Assembly: GCF_963921235.1 (NCBI RefSeq)
Contig: NC_086097.1
Span: forward strand, 100,938,001 to 101,002,000
Length of the DNA stretch: 64,000 bases
Source: Mobula hypostoma
Lineage: Eukaryota
Reading direction: 5' to 3'
Position 1 is the stretch's first letter, and every line of letters begins with the position of its first letter. Position numbers and translations under genes: made by a program. Shown here one piece after another: positions 62,480-64,000 of this stretch. Under the pieces are notes generated by a model. That model saw only the letters and a list, made by a program, of their open reading frames with translations. It searched no databases and had not been told where the DNA came from.

Positions 62480-63212
62480 GCTCATTTACACATCTTACGT
62501 TAATCCACATTTTTATTTTCCCCACGTTCCCATCAACTCCCCCCAGATTCGACCACTAGGGGTGACTGGCAGTGGCCAATTAACCAGCCTGCATTTGACC
62601 GAGTCACCAACAACAAGGTCCTGGCCCGCGCCCAGATACCCAGCCTCTTCACCCTGCTCCAACAACGCCATCTCCACCGGCTGGGCCACGTACACCACAT
62701 GTCAGACGGGAGGATCCCGAAAGACCTGCTGTACGGGGAACTGGCCTCCGGCAAGAGAGCACAAGGGCGGCCTCATCTTCGTTTCAAAGACATTTGCAAG
62801 AGAGACATGAAGTCACTGAGAATGGATACGAAGAGGTGGGAGGACATCGCAAGCGATCGCTCTCACTGGAGGTTGGAACTACGCAGAGGTCTAAAAAGAG
62901 GAGAAGAGAAGCTGAGGCTTGCTGCTGAAGAAAAGCGCACTCGTCGGAAAAACAGCACCAAGTCGACACTGGAGGACAGCGCCTTCAAGTGCAGTCGCTG
63001 CAGCCGAGACTGTCACTCCCATGTGGGACTCTACAGCCACAACAGACGCTGCTCTAACACAGACTGAAGCAAGACTTTCCAAGCGCAGATCCATGGTCTC
63101 GCGAGACTAACGGATGCCACCACTACCATTTGGATGTGGGAGGAAACCACGACACCATGTACAAACTCAAGTGGTCACAGGAAGAACATGCAAACTTCAC
63201 ACAGGACAGCAA
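62480..63212 (-). mobile_element. HE1/V-SINE-like SINE split by an RTE insertion
   Basis: TTTGGATGTGGGAGGAAACC..GGTCACAGGAAGAACATGCAAACTTCACACAG matches the SINE at 20490-20692. Confidence 0.65.
62598..63126 (+). mobile_element. RTE-clade LINE 3' fragment
   Basis: RVTNNKVL..LGHVHHMSDGRIPKDLLYGEL..GRPHLRFKD..CSRC..C.S..GLYSH; flanked by CATTTG (62592-62597, 63127-63132). Confidence 0.9.
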
Positions 63213-63659
63213 TATTATTATAAATTACGTGTTTATTGATAAAGACAGATGACAATTTTGCCAACATTTGCTAAAGTATAAAGAATTTCATATCAAAAAA
63301 TTATTGATCAACTAAATAGGTGTCAAATTATTTCTCCATGATGGTGAGATAGTAATGATGGGACATAAATTTAAGGTGATCTGAAAGTATGGAAAGTCTC
63401 TCTATTGTGGTTAATAATAGAAGCTTCTGTCACAAAAGTTACAAGAAATTAATTAGACTAAAAGACTGCTGTGGAATACAAAGTTAACACATAATTTGTT
63501 CTGGCCTGCTGCATGTTCCATTCCCCACTTCCCACCTCCAAACCTAGACATTATTCATCTTTCCATAAAATAATTTAATCACACATCCTCCACTAAGCAT
63601 TCATTTCTGCCAGACATCCTTATTCTTAACTGCAATCTTTAAGGAGACTACAAAATGTA

Positions 63660-64000
63660 TGGATTTAACAGAACAAGCTGCAGGAACTCAGCCGGTCACA
63701 CAGCATCTATGGAAGGAAAGGGGTAGGTGATATTTTGGGACAAAACTCTGAAGCAGGACTGGAAAGAGGGGAGAAGCCAAGATAAGAGAGAAAAAGAGGA
63801 GCACAAGCTGGTAGATCCAAGTGACAGAAGAAGATGGGCAGGTGGGGAGTAGGGGAGTGGAAGAGTTGGAATAATGTAGGAAGCTGGGAAGTGATAAAGG
63901 GCTGAAGAAGTTGAAAGGAGAGGACAGCCGACCATGGAAGTAAAGGGAAAATAGTGAGGAGGAGAATGGATGGGAGGAAGGTGTGGGTGATGGCCAGACA
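63660..64000 (-). mobile_element. Old Penelope-like terminus
   Basis: GCTGCAGGAACTCAGC..CAGCATCTATGGAAGG..CAGGACT followed by a purine-rich tract, as at 28420-28700. Confidence 0.6.

Noticed and set aside
1..64000. CRISPR array, rRNA or prokaryotic/viral defence system
   Set aside because: No regularly spaced repeat-spacer array or operon-like gene density; all RT hits are eukaryotic retroelement fragments.

Overview
This is eukaryotic, almost wholly repeat-derived DNA with no recognisable host protein-coding exon, rRNA, tRNA or CRISPR array. The repeat set (dense CR1/HER1-type LINEs, HE1/V-SINE-like SINEs, Rex1/Babar, Penelope, L1, Nimb-like, RTE, Tc1, Tigger/pogo, Gypsy) suggests a cartilaginous fish, probably a ray; this is inference. 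Nearly all ORFs in the track are decayed reverse-transcriptase/endonuclease/transposase fragments or their antisense shadows. The standout is a 4.0-kb non-autonomous Gypsy LTR element (3506-7541) with TG..CA LTRs, a TAAA target duplication, a perfect tRNA-Pro primer-binding site, a polypurine tract and a GGGAAAC slippery site. Its abridged gag/pol is fused in frame to intronless pieces of a sarcomeric myosin heavy-chain rod (MYH16-like), an apparent capture of host mRNA by a retrotransposon. Also notable: a multi-level nested insertion stack (997-13790), a ~2.7-kb local duplication 45.4 kb apart with templated-insertion scars, and Penelope termini carrying minimal hammerhead-ribozyme motifs, including a 220-bp fold-back mini-element and a 127-bp mini-insertion with their own target duplications. 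Protein similarities are recognised from memory and need database confirmation. Boundaries of old repeats are approximate.
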